Origin: Thraustochytrium aureum
Taxonomy: Eukaryota
Assembly: GCA_012862495.1 (NCBI GenBank)
Contig: BLSG01000299.1
Span: forward strand, 1 to 64,000
DNA: 64,000 nt
Reading direction: 5' to 3'
Part shown: positions 38,201 to 49,354 of the stretch, one piece after another
Position numbering within the stretch: position 1 is the stretch's first letter
Layout of the letters: each line of letters begins with the position of its first letter
The notes under the pieces: model-generated
The model's input: only the letters and a program-made list of their open reading frames with translations
Databases searched by the model: none
What the model was told of the DNA's origin: nothing
Translations under genes and position numbers: made by a program

Positions 38201-38315
38201 TGCTCGCAGTTGTAGAAAGCCGCCGCCGAGCGACATCCCCAGCTTCGCTCGCGAACGACAGCCTTGCGCTGCGCCTCCGCGTTGCTTGGCGCTGGGCATG
38301 GTTCAGCGACGCCAT
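26295..38315 (-). CDS. Giant membrane protein with five tandem DUF2254-like modules (probably one ~4000-aa gene; the ORF track splits it at ~33300 and ~32955)
   Basis: Each module has about 4 TM helices with a QxxxxRY(T/S)P-like motif, PYF, W.EWK.LRQY, KFxNTx, QYR.L, VAxD, GxRRAQxKLA and FWEVxDRGxNxDxL. The bridging ORF 32596..33264 supplies the linker and first TM of module 3. Confidence 0.8.
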
Positions 38316-39413
38316 CGTCGCCCGCGGACCCCGGCCGCCGCCGCGTCAGGCCCTTCCGGCACACCGATTCAGCCGTGCACCAGCAGCCCGCGCCACATTG
38401 GTCGCCCTCCCTCCCTCCCTCACTTGCGCGCGCGCGTGAGCCGCGCGCGTCGGAGGCGATCACGCGGCGCCTCAACACAAATTCCGCGGCCAAGGGCTAG
38501 CCTGGTCCTGGCACAAGCCGCACCAAGCCACGGCGCCAGCGAGCCAACCTTACAACGATGGACTGTAGCGCCGTCGCTCGACGTGGTCAGTTGCTGCTCT
38601 CCCGTGCGCTTCCGCGGCCTCCTGGACGTCGCAGCTATACACCCGCAAAGACCCCGTTTTTAANNNNNNNNNNNNNNNNNNNNNNNNNNNNNNNNNNNNN
38701 NNNNNNNNNNNNNNNNNNNNNNNNNNNNNNNNNNNNNNNNNNNNNNNNNNNNNNNNNNNNNNNNNNNNNNNNNNNNNNNNNNNNNNNNNNNNNNNNNNNN
38801 NNNNNNNNNNNNNNNNNNNNNNNNNNNNNNNNNNNNNNNNNNNNNNNNNNNNNNNNNNNNNNNNNNNNNNNNNNNNNNNNNNNNNNNNNNNNNNNNNNNN
38901 NNNNNNNNNNNNNNNNNNNNNNNNNNNNNNNNNNNNNNNNNNNNNNNNNNNNNNNNNNNNNNNNNNNNNNNNNNNNNNNNNNNNNNNNNNNNNNNNNNNN
39001 NNNNNNNNNNNNNNNNNNNNNNNNNNNNNNNNNNNNNNNNNNNNNNNNNNNNNNNNNNNNNNNNNNNNNNNNNNNNNNNNNNNNNNNNNNNNNNNNNNNN
39101 NNNNNNNNNNNNNNNNNNNNNNNNNNNNNNNNNNNNNNNNNNNNNNNNNNNNNNNNNNNNNNNNNNNNNNNNNNNNNNNNNNNNNNNNNNNNNNNNNNCA
39201 ACATCTTTGACGTCTTCTTCAACGCTGCAGAACGTACGAGGTGGGGAGCACCCTCTGCACCTCCAAAAGAGAGTGATGAGCCAGGCTCCGCAGCGGGTCG
39301 CACATGGTTTCATAGCCTGCAGGAGCCAGATGACATCGCGCGCCCCTGGGGCTCCTTTTCCTGCGTTAGGGTTGTGACGCCGTTGGAAGAGTAGCTCTTA
39401 GGTGCATTTGATG

Positions 39414-40712
39414 TTAGCGGAATCGCACGGCGTCAATTTGCACGAGCGAAGGCAAGGTCTTGGCTAGCCGCTTTCTGTACTCAAAGTCGCGCGCGACGGG
39501 GTTGTGGTCGAGGTAGAGGGTCTGCAGCACGTTGCCGAGCGGGGCGAGCTTGTCAACCTCGTCGAACGTGGCGATGCCGTTGTAGCTCATCCAGAGCTCC
39601 TCGAGCTTGCAGAGTCTGTCAACAGGCAGGCCGTCCATTGAGGTGATCTGGTTGTTGGAGACATCGAGCGTGTTTAGCTCGTGCAGGCTTTCGAGCCCGG
39701 CGAAAGCCCCGATGCCCTGATGGCTCAAGTAGAGCTCTTCGAGCGCAGCGAGCTCCTTGAGCCCGTCGCCGATTGAGCGGAGGCGGTTGCTCTGAACGGA
39801 GAGGCGCTTGAGCTGCTTGAGCGAGTCGAGCTCCTTGATTTCGGAAATCTTGTTCTTGCCGAGCCAGAGCTCCTGGAGGTTTACAAGCGCGCCGAACCCC
39901 TCCATCTCGCGAATGCGGTTCATGCCGAGGTCGAGGACCTCCAGTTCGGCCAGGCTGTCGAGGCCCTCGATCTTGCTGATCTTGTTTTGCGCCAAGTAGA
40001 GCCGCTTGAGCTTTGTGAGAGGGCGGAGCACGTGCGAGTCCATTGCGCGAAGCCGGTTGTAACTCAGGTCGAGGTTGGTGAGGTTGACGAGGTGCTGCAC
40101 GCCCTCGATCGAGTTGAGGCGATTCTCGTAAAGCTCGAGCGACACGAGCTTGGTGAGCGTAGCGAGCCCGGAGGTTTCGCGGACAAAGTTGGACCGCAAG
40201 CAAAACGACTCGAGGTTGACGAGGTGCTCGACGTCCTTGATAACTGTCACCTTGGCGCCCTGGGTGCCAAGCCATTCAAAGTGCGTCATGGAGGCGTCAC
40301 TGACGTCGGTGACGTCGGAGGGCGCCACGAACCGCAGCGCGGGGGGGAGGTCTTCGTCGACCTCGTCGTCGCTCTCGTCCACGTCGCCGTCTTGGCCCTG
40401 CTCGCGGCGCGCACGTGGAGGCGCTGCGGGCTTTGGCTGCTCCAGCACGCGCACCTTGCCAAACTGCGTGATGTTGACCCCGCCGATCTCCACTTGCTGC
40501 ATTCCGTACGGGTTGTCCGCTGCAGGGGCAGCAGAATCGCCGTCAGCTTGCCTGGGCGGCGCAGCCGCACCCGCGCCGGCCACTCCGCTCAGCTCGAGCG
40601 GCTCACGGCCGGCCCCAGCATCCCCGGCCAGGCTTTCGTCGTATGTTCCGACACTGCCTGCGTCAGTGCCTGCGGCGGCAGGCTTGGCGGAGCCTTCGCT
40701 CGTCGAGTCCAT
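39414..40712 (-). CDS. SDS22: Protein phosphatase 1 regulatory subunit 7 (Sds22)-like LRR protein
   Basis: About 11 SDS22-type LRRs (LELYENRL, LDLSYNRL, LYLAQNKISKIEGL, LWLGKNKI, LSVQSNRL, LYLSHQGI) and an LRRcap LYLDHNPV...YRKRL...LPSLVQIDA. Confidence 0.9.
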   Translation of the reverse strand: MDSTSEGSAKPAAAGTDAGSVGTYDESLAGDAGAGREPLELSGVAGAGAAAPPRQADGDSAAPAADNPYGMQQVEIGGVNITQFGKVRVLEQPKPAAPPRARREQGQDGDVDESDDEVDEDLPPALRFVAPSDVTDVSDASMTHFEWLGTQGAKVTVIKDVEHLVNLESFCLRSNFVRETSGLATLTKLVSLELYENRLNSIEGVQHLVNLTNLDLSYNRLRAMDSHVLRPLTKLKRLYLAQNKISKIEGLDSLAELEVLDLGMNRIREMEGFGALVNLQELWLGKNKISEIKELDSLKQLKRLSVQSNRLRSIGDGLKELAALEELYLSHQGIGAFAGLESLHELNTLDVSNNQITSMDGLPVDRLCKLEELWMSYNGIATFDEVDKLAPLGNVLQTLYLDHNPVARDFEYRKRLAKTLPSLVQIDAVRFR

Positions 40713-41308
40713 GGCTCGCAATTCGCGCTCGTTCCGGCGCCCGCCGAGCTCCTCCTCCCCGCCTCGTGCGCTCGGACCGGCCGGCCGTTNNNNNNNNNNN
40801 NNNNNNNNNNNNNNNNNNNNNNNNNNNNNNNNNNNNNNNNNNNNNNNNNNNNNNNNNNNNNNNNNNNNNNNNNNNNNNNNNNNNNNNNNNNNNNNNNNNN
40901 NNNNNNNNNNNNNNNNNNNNNNNNNNNNNNNNNNNNNNNNNNNNNNNNNNNNNNNNNNNNNNNNNNNNNNNNNNNNNNNNNNNNNNNNNNNNNNNNNNNN
41001 NNNNNNNNNNNNNNNNNNNNNNNNNNNNNNNNNNNNNNNNNNNNNNNNNNNNNNNNNNNNNNNNNNNNNNNNNNNNNNNNNNNNNNNNNNNNNNNNNNNN
41101 NNNNNNNNNNNNNNNNNNNNNNNNNNNNNNNNNNNNNNNNNNNNNNNNNNNNNNNNNNNNNNNNNNNNNNNNNNNNNNNNNNNNNNNNNNNNNNNNNNNN
41201 NNNNNNNNNNNNNNNNNNNNNNNNNNNNNNNNNNNNNNNNNNNNNNNNNNNNNNNNNNNNNNNNNNNNNNNNNNNNNNNNNNNNNNNNNNNNNNNNNNNN
41301 NNNNNNNA

Positions 41309-42467
41309 AGTGCACGCGCGAGGTGTTGGCAGCCATGAACGCCGCTGTCGCCGCCCTGTCCGCTGCGCTGCCGGCGAACCCGCTTGAAAGGTGCTGCAGC
41401 GCACGGGCCGCGTCGACGCGCTGCCGCAGGTCGTGCCGCGGGCAGTCGAAGGCGATCAGGGCAGGGTTGAGGACGCGAAGGAAAAAGGTGCCCAACGCGA
41501 GTCGAGGCCCGACCTCGGGCGGTGCGACCGCCTTGACCTTGGCGCAGAAGAGCACGATCGCTGCGGGCATGCGGCTGCCGAGCAGAGCGTCGATTATGCG
41601 GCCCGCTAGGACTTGCGCGTCCCTGGCGGGGTTTTTCTGGTTTGTGAGAGCGGCGCGAAGCACCTCGTCCACTGCCCGCGCGCAGAATGGCGACCGGGCA
41701 ATGGCCCCCAAGAGGAAGACCGCACCGCACGAGTTGCCGCGCAGCGCTGCGTCGGGGCTGCCGCCTTGCTGCTGGCAAAGCTGAAACTCGCTGCGGACGA
41801 GCTCGTCGGCGAGCACGTCGAGAAGGCGCTGCTGCTGGACGTCCGTCTCCACGGCGTCCAGCACTTCCTCGACGAGCACGGCTGCCAGGTGCTTGCGGAA
41901 GCGGGACCCGCTTGCGAGCCTCTGGTTTGCGCCAGGGTCGGCCTCCTCCTCGTCCGTCTGGGCGAGCAAGTCGACAGCGCAAGCCGGGGAGTCGATGAGG
42001 AGATCGACCGCAAGCGCCCTGTCGGCCAGCGTTTCGCCCCACGCACCGGCGCCGGTTGTCGCGGCGCCCTTTGTCGATGCCGCGCTTTTGGTGGAGCTGG
42101 TCCGTCGACGGAACCACGGCAGGCGGTTGGCACGGTCTATGGCGATCGGCGAGTCGTCTGTTTCGTTTTTGGCAAGCCGTGGCGGCCTGCTTGTAGCGCT
42201 CGACTTGAGACCAGATGGCGCGGCAGCCGCGTTTCCGCTGCTCAGAGAGCGGAGGCGACTCACCACGGTGTCCAGAATGCTCGTGGAGCGTTGCTGCCTG
42301 TTTTTGCTCCTGTTCTTGGCCTCGCCGGCGCTCGAGGCTGCGCTAGCCTGTGCCCTGCTTACGAGGTGAGCGCGCAGGCCTTCTAACATGTTGTCGCGAT
42401 CGTCGCCGCCGTTGCGGTTGCCAGCGACTTTGCTTTCAACTGTGAGGCCGTGCTGCAGTTGAGACAT
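41309..42467 (-). CDS. RasGAP-domain-like protein (3' end in gap)
   Basis: Arginine-finger-like LRGNS and signature FFLRVLNPALI...ARALQHLS. Its apparent fusion to Sds22 is only ORF read-through of Ns. Confidence 0.7.
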
Positions 42468-43498
42468 CCTTGCTTCCCAGGGGGCGCTTTGCGCGGTTAG
42501 TGGTCCGGCTCGCTGCTCTAGTCGGATTGTTCGGCTCCGGTCCGGTCCGTGTCAGATCCCCTCTCTTGATGAGGAACGGTGGGTGCCAAGCCGCGCGAGA
42601 GCCGTCCGCGCTGGAGCCCTGTCGGGCCGGCTTGTAGCTTGCCCACGTGTGGGCTTTCGCGGGAGCAAAGTGCAGTCCTCGAGCTTTCGCTTTCCTGAAC
42701 GCCTGACTGGGGGTGGCGGAACAACTTGCACGTGCCTGATAACGCCTGGCACCCTTGCCAGGTCCCTGGCTCGTTCAGCGTTTGCTTTGGCCACGGCTGG
42801 CCTCTGCCTGATCTGGCTTGTTTTTCCTCGCCCGGTGCGTGACCCTGAACGCCGGCAGCTGCGAACGTCGGCAGATGCGAGGCGGTCCTTTGCGACGACC
42901 AAGCAAAAGNNNNNNNNNNNNNNNNNNNNNNNNNNNNNNNNNNNNNNNNNNNNNNNNNNNNNNNNNNNNNNNNNNNNNNNNNNNNNNNNNNNNNNNNNNN
43001 NNNNNNNNNNNNNNNNNNNNNNNNNNNNNNNNNNNNNNNNNNNNNNNNNNNNNNNNNNNNNNNNNNNNNNNNNNNNNNNNNNNNNNNNNNNNNNNNNNNN
43101 NNNNNNNNNNNNNNNNNNNNNNNNNNNNNNNNNNNNNNNNNNNNNNNNNNNNNNNNNNNNNNNNNNNNNNNNNNNNNNNNNNNNNNNNNNNNNNNNNNNN
43201 NNNNNNNNNNNNNNNNNNNNNNNNNNNNNNNNNNNNNNNNNNNNNNNNNNNNNNNNNNNNNNNNNNNNNNNNNNNNNNNNNNNNNNNNNNNNNNNNNNNN
43301 NNNNNNNNNNNNNNNNNNNNNNNNNNNNNNNNNNNNNNNNNNNNNNNNNNNNNNNNNNNNNNNNNNNNNNNNNNNNNNNNNNNNNNNNNNNNNNNNNNNN
43401 NNNNNNNNNNNNNNNNNNNNNNNNNNNNNNNNNNNNNNNNNNNNNNNNNNNNNNNNNNNNNNNNNNNNNNNNNNNNNNNNNNNNNNNNNNNNNNNNNA

Positions 43499-45105
43499 AA
43501 GGTCCAGCGACAGCAGGAGGGACTGGAGACGGCGCTGCTGGCCCAAGACCACAAGGATGAGGCATACCGCACCGTGGACGAAATCCAGCGCCTGGTGGAA
43601 GAGCAGCGCCAGTCCGTGTCGGCGACCTCCTCGAGCCGGCTAAGCTGGAGCACGAGCAACTCAGGCAAGGCCAAAACGAACCAGCTGCTTGGGCACTGGT
43701 ACACGGAGCGGTCCAAGTTTATTCCGCTCCGGCTTGAGTACAAGGAGCGCGAGCACTTGAGGCGGGTGATGGCGGTGATGCGGAGCTGCGACTACACCAA
43801 CCTCGTCGACGGGCTCGAGCACAAGTCGCGCGCGCGGCGCCTAAACCAGCAGCTGCAGTGCATCCGGGCGGTGCTTATGGGCGTGGCAACTACGTTCAAC
43901 TATGAACTTGCGAAGGGGTTGCTCCTCGACTACGACTTTGCCAAGTACAAGGCGACGTTCTGCAAGATCTTTGAGATCGCGCGGCGCTACAAGGTGATGA
44001 ACCCGGAGAAAATGCGCGGCCTGTATGGCAAGATGGTGTTCCTGCTGCAGGACGCGACCACGGAGGCGGTGCGGTCTGATCTCGCGTTCGACATGGTGCA
44101 CCAAGTACAAACCGTGTACACCGCGCTGAACAAGATTAACGCGCTGGACGCCCTCCAGTCAGAGTGGATCTCGACGGCCACCATGGAGATCCTACCAGAC
44201 GGCAAGTCGCGCGCGCAGATCCAAAAGGAGATCCGCCTCAAGGAGCAAGCGATCGAGGCGATCGCGCGCAAGTTCGGCGGGTCGCGGCCGGAGCAGGAGG
44301 TCGTCAAGCGGTGCCTGTACTCCATCGCGGACAACTCGTCGTACCTCAACTCGAACTGCAAGCCGATCGACTACGTAATCGATCTGCTCAAGACGCACTT
44401 TGGCCAGCCAGAGGCGGCCAAGTCGCGCTGGTCGCTCGCCATTTATGGCGGCGCGGACGGCTCGCGCCTCACGCACTCGCACGAGCGCCAGTACCACTAT
44501 GTGCTGCAGTCGCTCTCGCTGTGGCGCGAGATCGTGCACGACATGTTTCGGCTCTGGTACGTTGCCGAGCGCGACCTGCTCGACTCGGGAAACCCCTACA
44601 AGCTCAAGAACACCGGCCAGGGCTTTAACCGGCTGCAGGCCGCGCCGCGCACCTCCAAGGCCATGCATGGGATCCTGTATGCGGTGCAGCAGCGCCTGGG
44701 TCATACCGTGGAGGGCTGGGTCGGCTCGAGTGTGATCCACCTCGGCGACACCAACGTGCCCAACGCGCTGGTCTTCATCGACAAGTACAACCAGGTCCCG
44801 CGCATCCTCAACCCGATCGTGCAGTGCCTCAAGTACTTGACCAACCACCTCGTCAAGGACGAGGAGCTAGTCCGCCTGGTTGATCGCAAGTTTGGCTCTG
44901 TGGAGGACGCCATTCGGGCCATCCTGCACGACTTTTTCAGGCGCGCCTTTGACGGGAGCGGTGCGGATAACTTTTTCGAGGCGGGCTCGTGCATCGACGG
45001 CCGGCTCACGTCGGCCTGGAACTGGTGCCAGGAGCTCCCCAGCAAGGACTACTACTTTCTCTTCAAGCTGAGCGGCTTTTTGCCTTTGACGGGGACTTTC
45101 GCTGA
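43499..45105 (+). CDS. DUF2009/UPF0652-family protein (5' in gap)
   Basis: FIPLRL, FEIARRYKVMNPEKMR..YGK, GSRLTHSHERQYHYVLQSLSLW, WVGSSVIHLGD.NVPNALVFIDKY and AFDGSGADNFFEAGSCIDGRLTSAWNWC. Restoring one T at ~45080 ends the protein with FDGDFR* at 45105. Confidence 0.9.
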
Positions 45106-45247
45106 CGGCCGCGTTTTCGGCCTCGCGCCTTTGGCTCGCAGCCGGCGTCTATGCTCGCATCGCCAACCTGGGTGGGCAGGCACGAAAGCACAGCACAGGC
45201 ACCTCTTTTTCAATCAAGAAATTCTCACTTGCTTGGTTACTGCCAGA

Positions 45248-45418
45248 GAGAGCGAAAGCGTTCTCGTTCAGCAGTAGCTCCTGTAGACGAGAGCGAAAGC
45301 TTTCTCGTTCAGCAGTAGGTAGCTCCTGTAGACGAGAGCGAAAGCTTTCTCGTTCAGCAGTAGCTCCTGTAGTCGAGAGCGAAAGCGTTCTCGTTCAGCA
45401 GTAGCTACTGTAGTCGAG
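45248..45418. repeat. Tandem minisatellite, 4 copies of a 41-45 bp unit containing a hairpin
   Basis: Units start at 45248, 45289, 45334 and 45375: GAGAGCGAAAGC(G/T)TTCTCGTTCAGCAGTAGCT(C/A)CTGTAG(A/T)C. Copy 2 has an extra GTAG. Confidence 0.95.
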
Positions 45419-46106
45419 CTCCTTGGCTTGCGTCCGCAAGAACCCTTGCTCGCCGCCAATGTCCGCAGAGCCGGCGTGTGGGCGACTCGCGAGGTACCCG
45501 CCGAGCCGCTGCAGGCCGGCCATTCGCCCAAAGAAGGCTTTGAGACGCGGCAGCGAATCGAGCGTCCCAGGGCGCAGCACCTCAAGGCCGTCAAGCCGGT
45601 GGAACATGTGAAAATCGCCCATCAGCGGCTCCTGGCTCGAGAAAATCCATAACCCTGACGTTTTCAGTTGCTCCTCCATTGCCGACAGCTGTGGCAGCGC
45701 CTTTGCGAAGATCGCGGCCTCCTTGTCCACAAAGGCCTGGCCGTGGAAAATGTTGAGAACCGGGTCGACGTCACTAAGATGCTGGGCGACCTCGAACACG
45801 GCATCCGTGCTGGCTGCGACCGCAGGGTCGGTTGGGTAGAGCCCCGGTCAGGCGCCCGATGTACCTGCAGACAGCGCCGCTCTCGTAGATCGTGAGCGTT
45901 CCGCTGTCCGCTCTCTCAACCGAGAGCGTGGGCCAGCGCCCAAGCGGGGCCTGGCGTTTCAGCTCGGCATACTTTGGATCTGAAAACCCGATCACCGTGT
46001 CCTGAAAGGCGAGTCCGCTGTGCCGAAGCATCATGCGCGGCGTCTCGCCCCTGGCACGGACTGCAACGTACTTGAGCTCCATGGCGCTCGCGACAGCTGC
46101 TGACAT
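45395..46106 (-). CDS. Glutathione S-transferase (sigma/pi-like); 1-nt indel at ~45843
   Basis: ELKYVAVRARGETPRMML, PLGRWPTL, IYESGAVCRYIGR, GLYPTDP, then a C-domain with MGDFHMFHRLD...PRLKAF...YLASRP. Confidence 0.88.
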
Positions 46107-46112
46107 CAAGCT

Positions 46113-46167
46113 CAGCAGCAGCAGCGGCGTCAGCAGCAGCAGCAGCAGCGGCGTCAGCAGCAGCAGC
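46113..46167. repeat. Interrupted (CAG)n microsatellite running into an N gap
   Basis: cagcagcagcagcggcgtcagcagcagc... seen directly. Confidence 0.9.
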
Positions 46168-46462
46168 NNNNNNNNNNNNNNNNNNNNNNNNNNNNNNNNN
46201 NNNNNNNNNNNNNNNNNNNNNNNNNNNNNNNNNNNNNNNNNNNNNNNNNNNNNNNNNNNNNNNNNNNNNNNNNNNNNNNNNNNNNNNNNNNNNNNNNNNN
46301 NNNNNNNNNNNNNNNNNNNNNNNNNNNNNNNNNNNNNNNNGTCGAGGTGTTGGGCGTCTGTGCGCAGTGCGGGCGCGCTCGTCGGCTCAAGATAGTTAGC
46401 CCCGAAGTGTTCATTTCGAGGCGCAGGACGGCCATCGCCCTTGCGGCGACGGACGGGCTGCC

Positions 46463-46513
46463 GCACGGCCAGCTGCACTTCTACCAGCACGGCCAGCTGC
46501 ACTTCTACCAGCA
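46463..46513. repeat. Direct duplication of a 24-bp unit
   Basis: GCACGGCCAGCTGCACTTCTACCA x2. Confidence 0.9.
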
Positions 46514-47440
46514 GTAGTACGCCCGACTTGCCGCTCGCCAGGCACTGCATGCCCTGTCGCTCTTGNGCCCAGCAAATGGCTCATCAAGGCTGTTTTGCGG
46601 GCTTGCTGTGCGTTGAGGGCTTGCGGGTCGGCCTCGGCATGTCAAGCGCCAGTTCAGGGCGCAGACAGGCGGAGTGCCGCTCGCACAAGCTCGCACGTGC
46701 TCCAAGAGCCTGGTACGTCATCTTTTGTCGGTCTGTTGGTCCTTGATCCTGCGGACGGCGACGGTGAACCCCGTGCGCGTTGCACTTGTTGCTTCGCGCG
46801 CGCGACAATTTCACGCCACGGGCGCCGCCTTGCCAACACCAACGCCTCACGTTTCCTACTGCTGCAAGTCGGTACCTGTGCGCCTCGGCCGATTTCTTGC
46901 CGGTGTCTCGCCCTCCTCGCCCACGCGCTCACATCCGCCTCCCGGGGCATCGACCAAACCCACGCGAGCAGCAACAACAAACCCAGCAGCCTGCAACAAA
47001 CAACGGAAGAAACCTATTACTGGCATCAAGCCTACCCCCTGGGGGGCAGCGTACACTGTCTCCACACGCGCCAGAGAGGGAGGCCGCGTCACGGGTTCCC
47101 CAGCAGCACATCCAGGCGGGTCCGCCCTCTCAACCTGCTGGGCCGTACCTGTGAGGGCCCGCGCGAGCAGAGCAGTTCCGCCCCGCCTGCGAAAGCTATA
47201 GGGAACCCGCGACAGGTCAAGAGCCGGGGAAGAGCTCACAACTCGAGTCGCGTCGGGGACTCAAGAGTCGCGAAAGTGTGAGTGCAGAGAGGGAGTGATT
47301 GTCTGGACGCGGGTGGGTGTGGGTGGGTGAGGCTGTAGTTTCGGGCTTGCACGTGGGCACGCGAAGCAGCTCGCGCGCGACCCGCGAGGCGAACAAACAC
47401 CCATTACAGGAATCCTTGGCGAGGTGCAGAGCATAATCCA

Positions 47441-47500
47441 TCTCGCCAGCGCCGTGTCTCGCCAGCGCCGTGTCTCGCCAGCGACGTGTCTCGCCAGCGA
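47441..47500. repeat. 16-bp tandem repeat (~3.7 copies) upstream of the MORN-AK gene
   Basis: TCTCGCCAGCG(C/A)CGTG repeated. Confidence 0.92.
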
Positions 47501-47569
47501 GCGCTCCAGTCTCGCTTTGTCTGCGCGCGGCGGCTGCAACGAGGTGAACGAAGAAACCTGACGGACGAG

Positions 47570-48752
47570 ATGGCTGCTGTTGTGGTGTCAGCAACGTACT
47601 TGGACGGGGCCAAGGAGGTCGTCGCCGAGGTGACGCGCGCAGGCCTCGTGGAGGTCGAGTTTGAGAACGGCGACTCGTTCAAGGGCACGTTCGGGGAGGA
47701 CGCCCAGGGCGAGCTGGTCAAGCAGGGCGAGGGCGTGTACACCTGGGCGAACGGGGCCGTCTACGACGGCCAGTATGTCGACGGGAAGAAGCACGGCTCG
47801 GGCAAGTACACCTACCCGGATGGGGCCGTCTACAACGGCGAGTGGGTCGACGGGAAGAAGAACGGCAAGGGCACCGAGTCGTTCACCAACGGGGACGTGT
47901 TTCACGGAGTGTGGGCCGACACAAAAAGCATGGGCCGGCACTTACGAGTATGCCTCGGGCGCCACATTGACGGGGAAATGGAGCCATGGCAAGCTCCAGG
48001 AGGGCAGCTGGACGATGGGCTCAAAGCGCCTCAGCACCCGCGGCATCCTAGAGCGCCTCGGCCAGCGCCTCTCGCTCCGCAAGTCGAGCCGCAAGTCGGC
48101 CCGCTCCCAGGCCGCCAAGCGCCCGCTCGGCATCATCATCTCCGGCGCCCCCGCCTCTGGCAAGGGCACGCAGTGCGAGTTCATTCGCGAGGAGTTTGGC
48201 GTCATCCACCTCAGCACAGGGGACATGCTCCGCGCCGCCGTTGCGGCGGGCTCCGCGCTTGGCCTCAAAGCCAAGGCGCTTATGGAGTCTGGCCAGCTTG
48301 TTCCTGACGAGATAGTCATTGGCGCAGTGCGCGAGCGCCTCGCCCAGGACGACGTGCGCAGTAACGGGTTTCTGTTGGACGGATTCCCGCGCACTGCGGC
48401 CCAAGCCGAAGCGCTCGCAGAGCTGGGCATCAAGGTGGACATCTTCCTGATGCTCAACGTCCCTGACGAGGCGCTCGTGGCGCGCGTCGTGGGCCGCCGC
48501 ATCGACCCCGAGACGGGCAACTCGTACCACGTCGACTTCAACCCGCCACCCGCCGAGATCGAGGACCGCGTCATCCAGCGCGCCGACGACACGGAGGAGA
48601 AGGTCGTCGTGCGCCTGCAAGGATTTCACGGCAACATCGCGGCCATCAAGTCTTTTTACACTGCCGTCACGGTCGAGATTGACGGCATGCAGTCCAAGGA
48701 GAAGGTCTGGGCCACCATCAAGGCCGAGCTCGACGCTGCGGCCTCCAGGTAG
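47570..48752 (+). CDS. MORN-repeat protein fused to adenylate kinase (two indels ~47920-47933)
   Basis: MORN repeats (GEGVYTWANGAVYDGQYVDGKKHGSGKYTYPDG...), then IIISGAPASGKGTQ, HLSTGDMLR, GQLVPDE, GFLLDGFPRT, GRRIDPETG.SYH and QRADD. Confidence 0.9.
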
Positions 48753-49354
48753 TTGGTTGGGATTTCCTGCCCGCAAGAGGTGAACAATACGAACGATGTT
48801 TCTGTTGAATCTTGTGCTCATTTCTGCGCGTCACGCGTGCCACACCACCCTTGTCAGGCCACGACCCTGGCCACAGATCTCTCCAGCAGAGCTCAAGTAA
48901 GTACTAGTTGAGAGAGCTCTACTCTAGCTTGAGCTATTCATGCAGCTACACGTTCGCAGCAGGCAGGGCCTTGGTGGTGCCAGCGCCGCCGGCGAGCAAG
49001 GCGGTGCCAGCCACAAGGCCGTGTTCGAGCGGCCCGTGCGCTTGCCGAGCGCCACGAGGACGGCCTCAAGCAAGCAAGCACGCACCTGTCCAACCCAACC
49101 TTTCCTTTCCTCGTCGAATTTCAAGAATGGTGCGACGCCAAGGTGTTCCCTTGCCCAGACTTGCCCAGAGAGACGCACATGAGCGAGCTCCCAACCCATC
49201 CCACCCAGCCCAACCAACCCACCCACGCTCCATCAGAGCTGCAACGCAAGCAAAGCGAAGCAAAGCGAAGCGAAGCAAAGCAGCAATCGCAAGGGCGTCG
49301 AGCGCCGAGACAGGGACGGCGCGAAAAGCTAGCCAGGTTGCGCGTATCTCGGGG

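Noticed and set aside
39414..42467. RasGAP-Sds22 fusion of 1017 aa
   Set aside because: The ORF only reads through a ~520-nt N run. Sds22 has its own Met at 40712 and a normal size.
45248..45418. CRISPR array
   Set aside because: The units are contiguous and near-identical with no unique spacers, there are no cas genes, and the context is eukaryotic.
480..48000. Widespread frameshifts read as pseudogenes, programmed frameshifting or RNA editing
   Set aside because: The breaks I inspected (SDH1, PKD2, FG-GAP, DeSI, sulfatase, DUF2009, GST, MORN-AK) are 1-nt indels, almost all in homopolymers or doublets. They go in both directions, share no slippery motif and come without in-frame stops, even in essential SDH1. 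Long-read error is the simplest explanation; short-read polishing would settle it.
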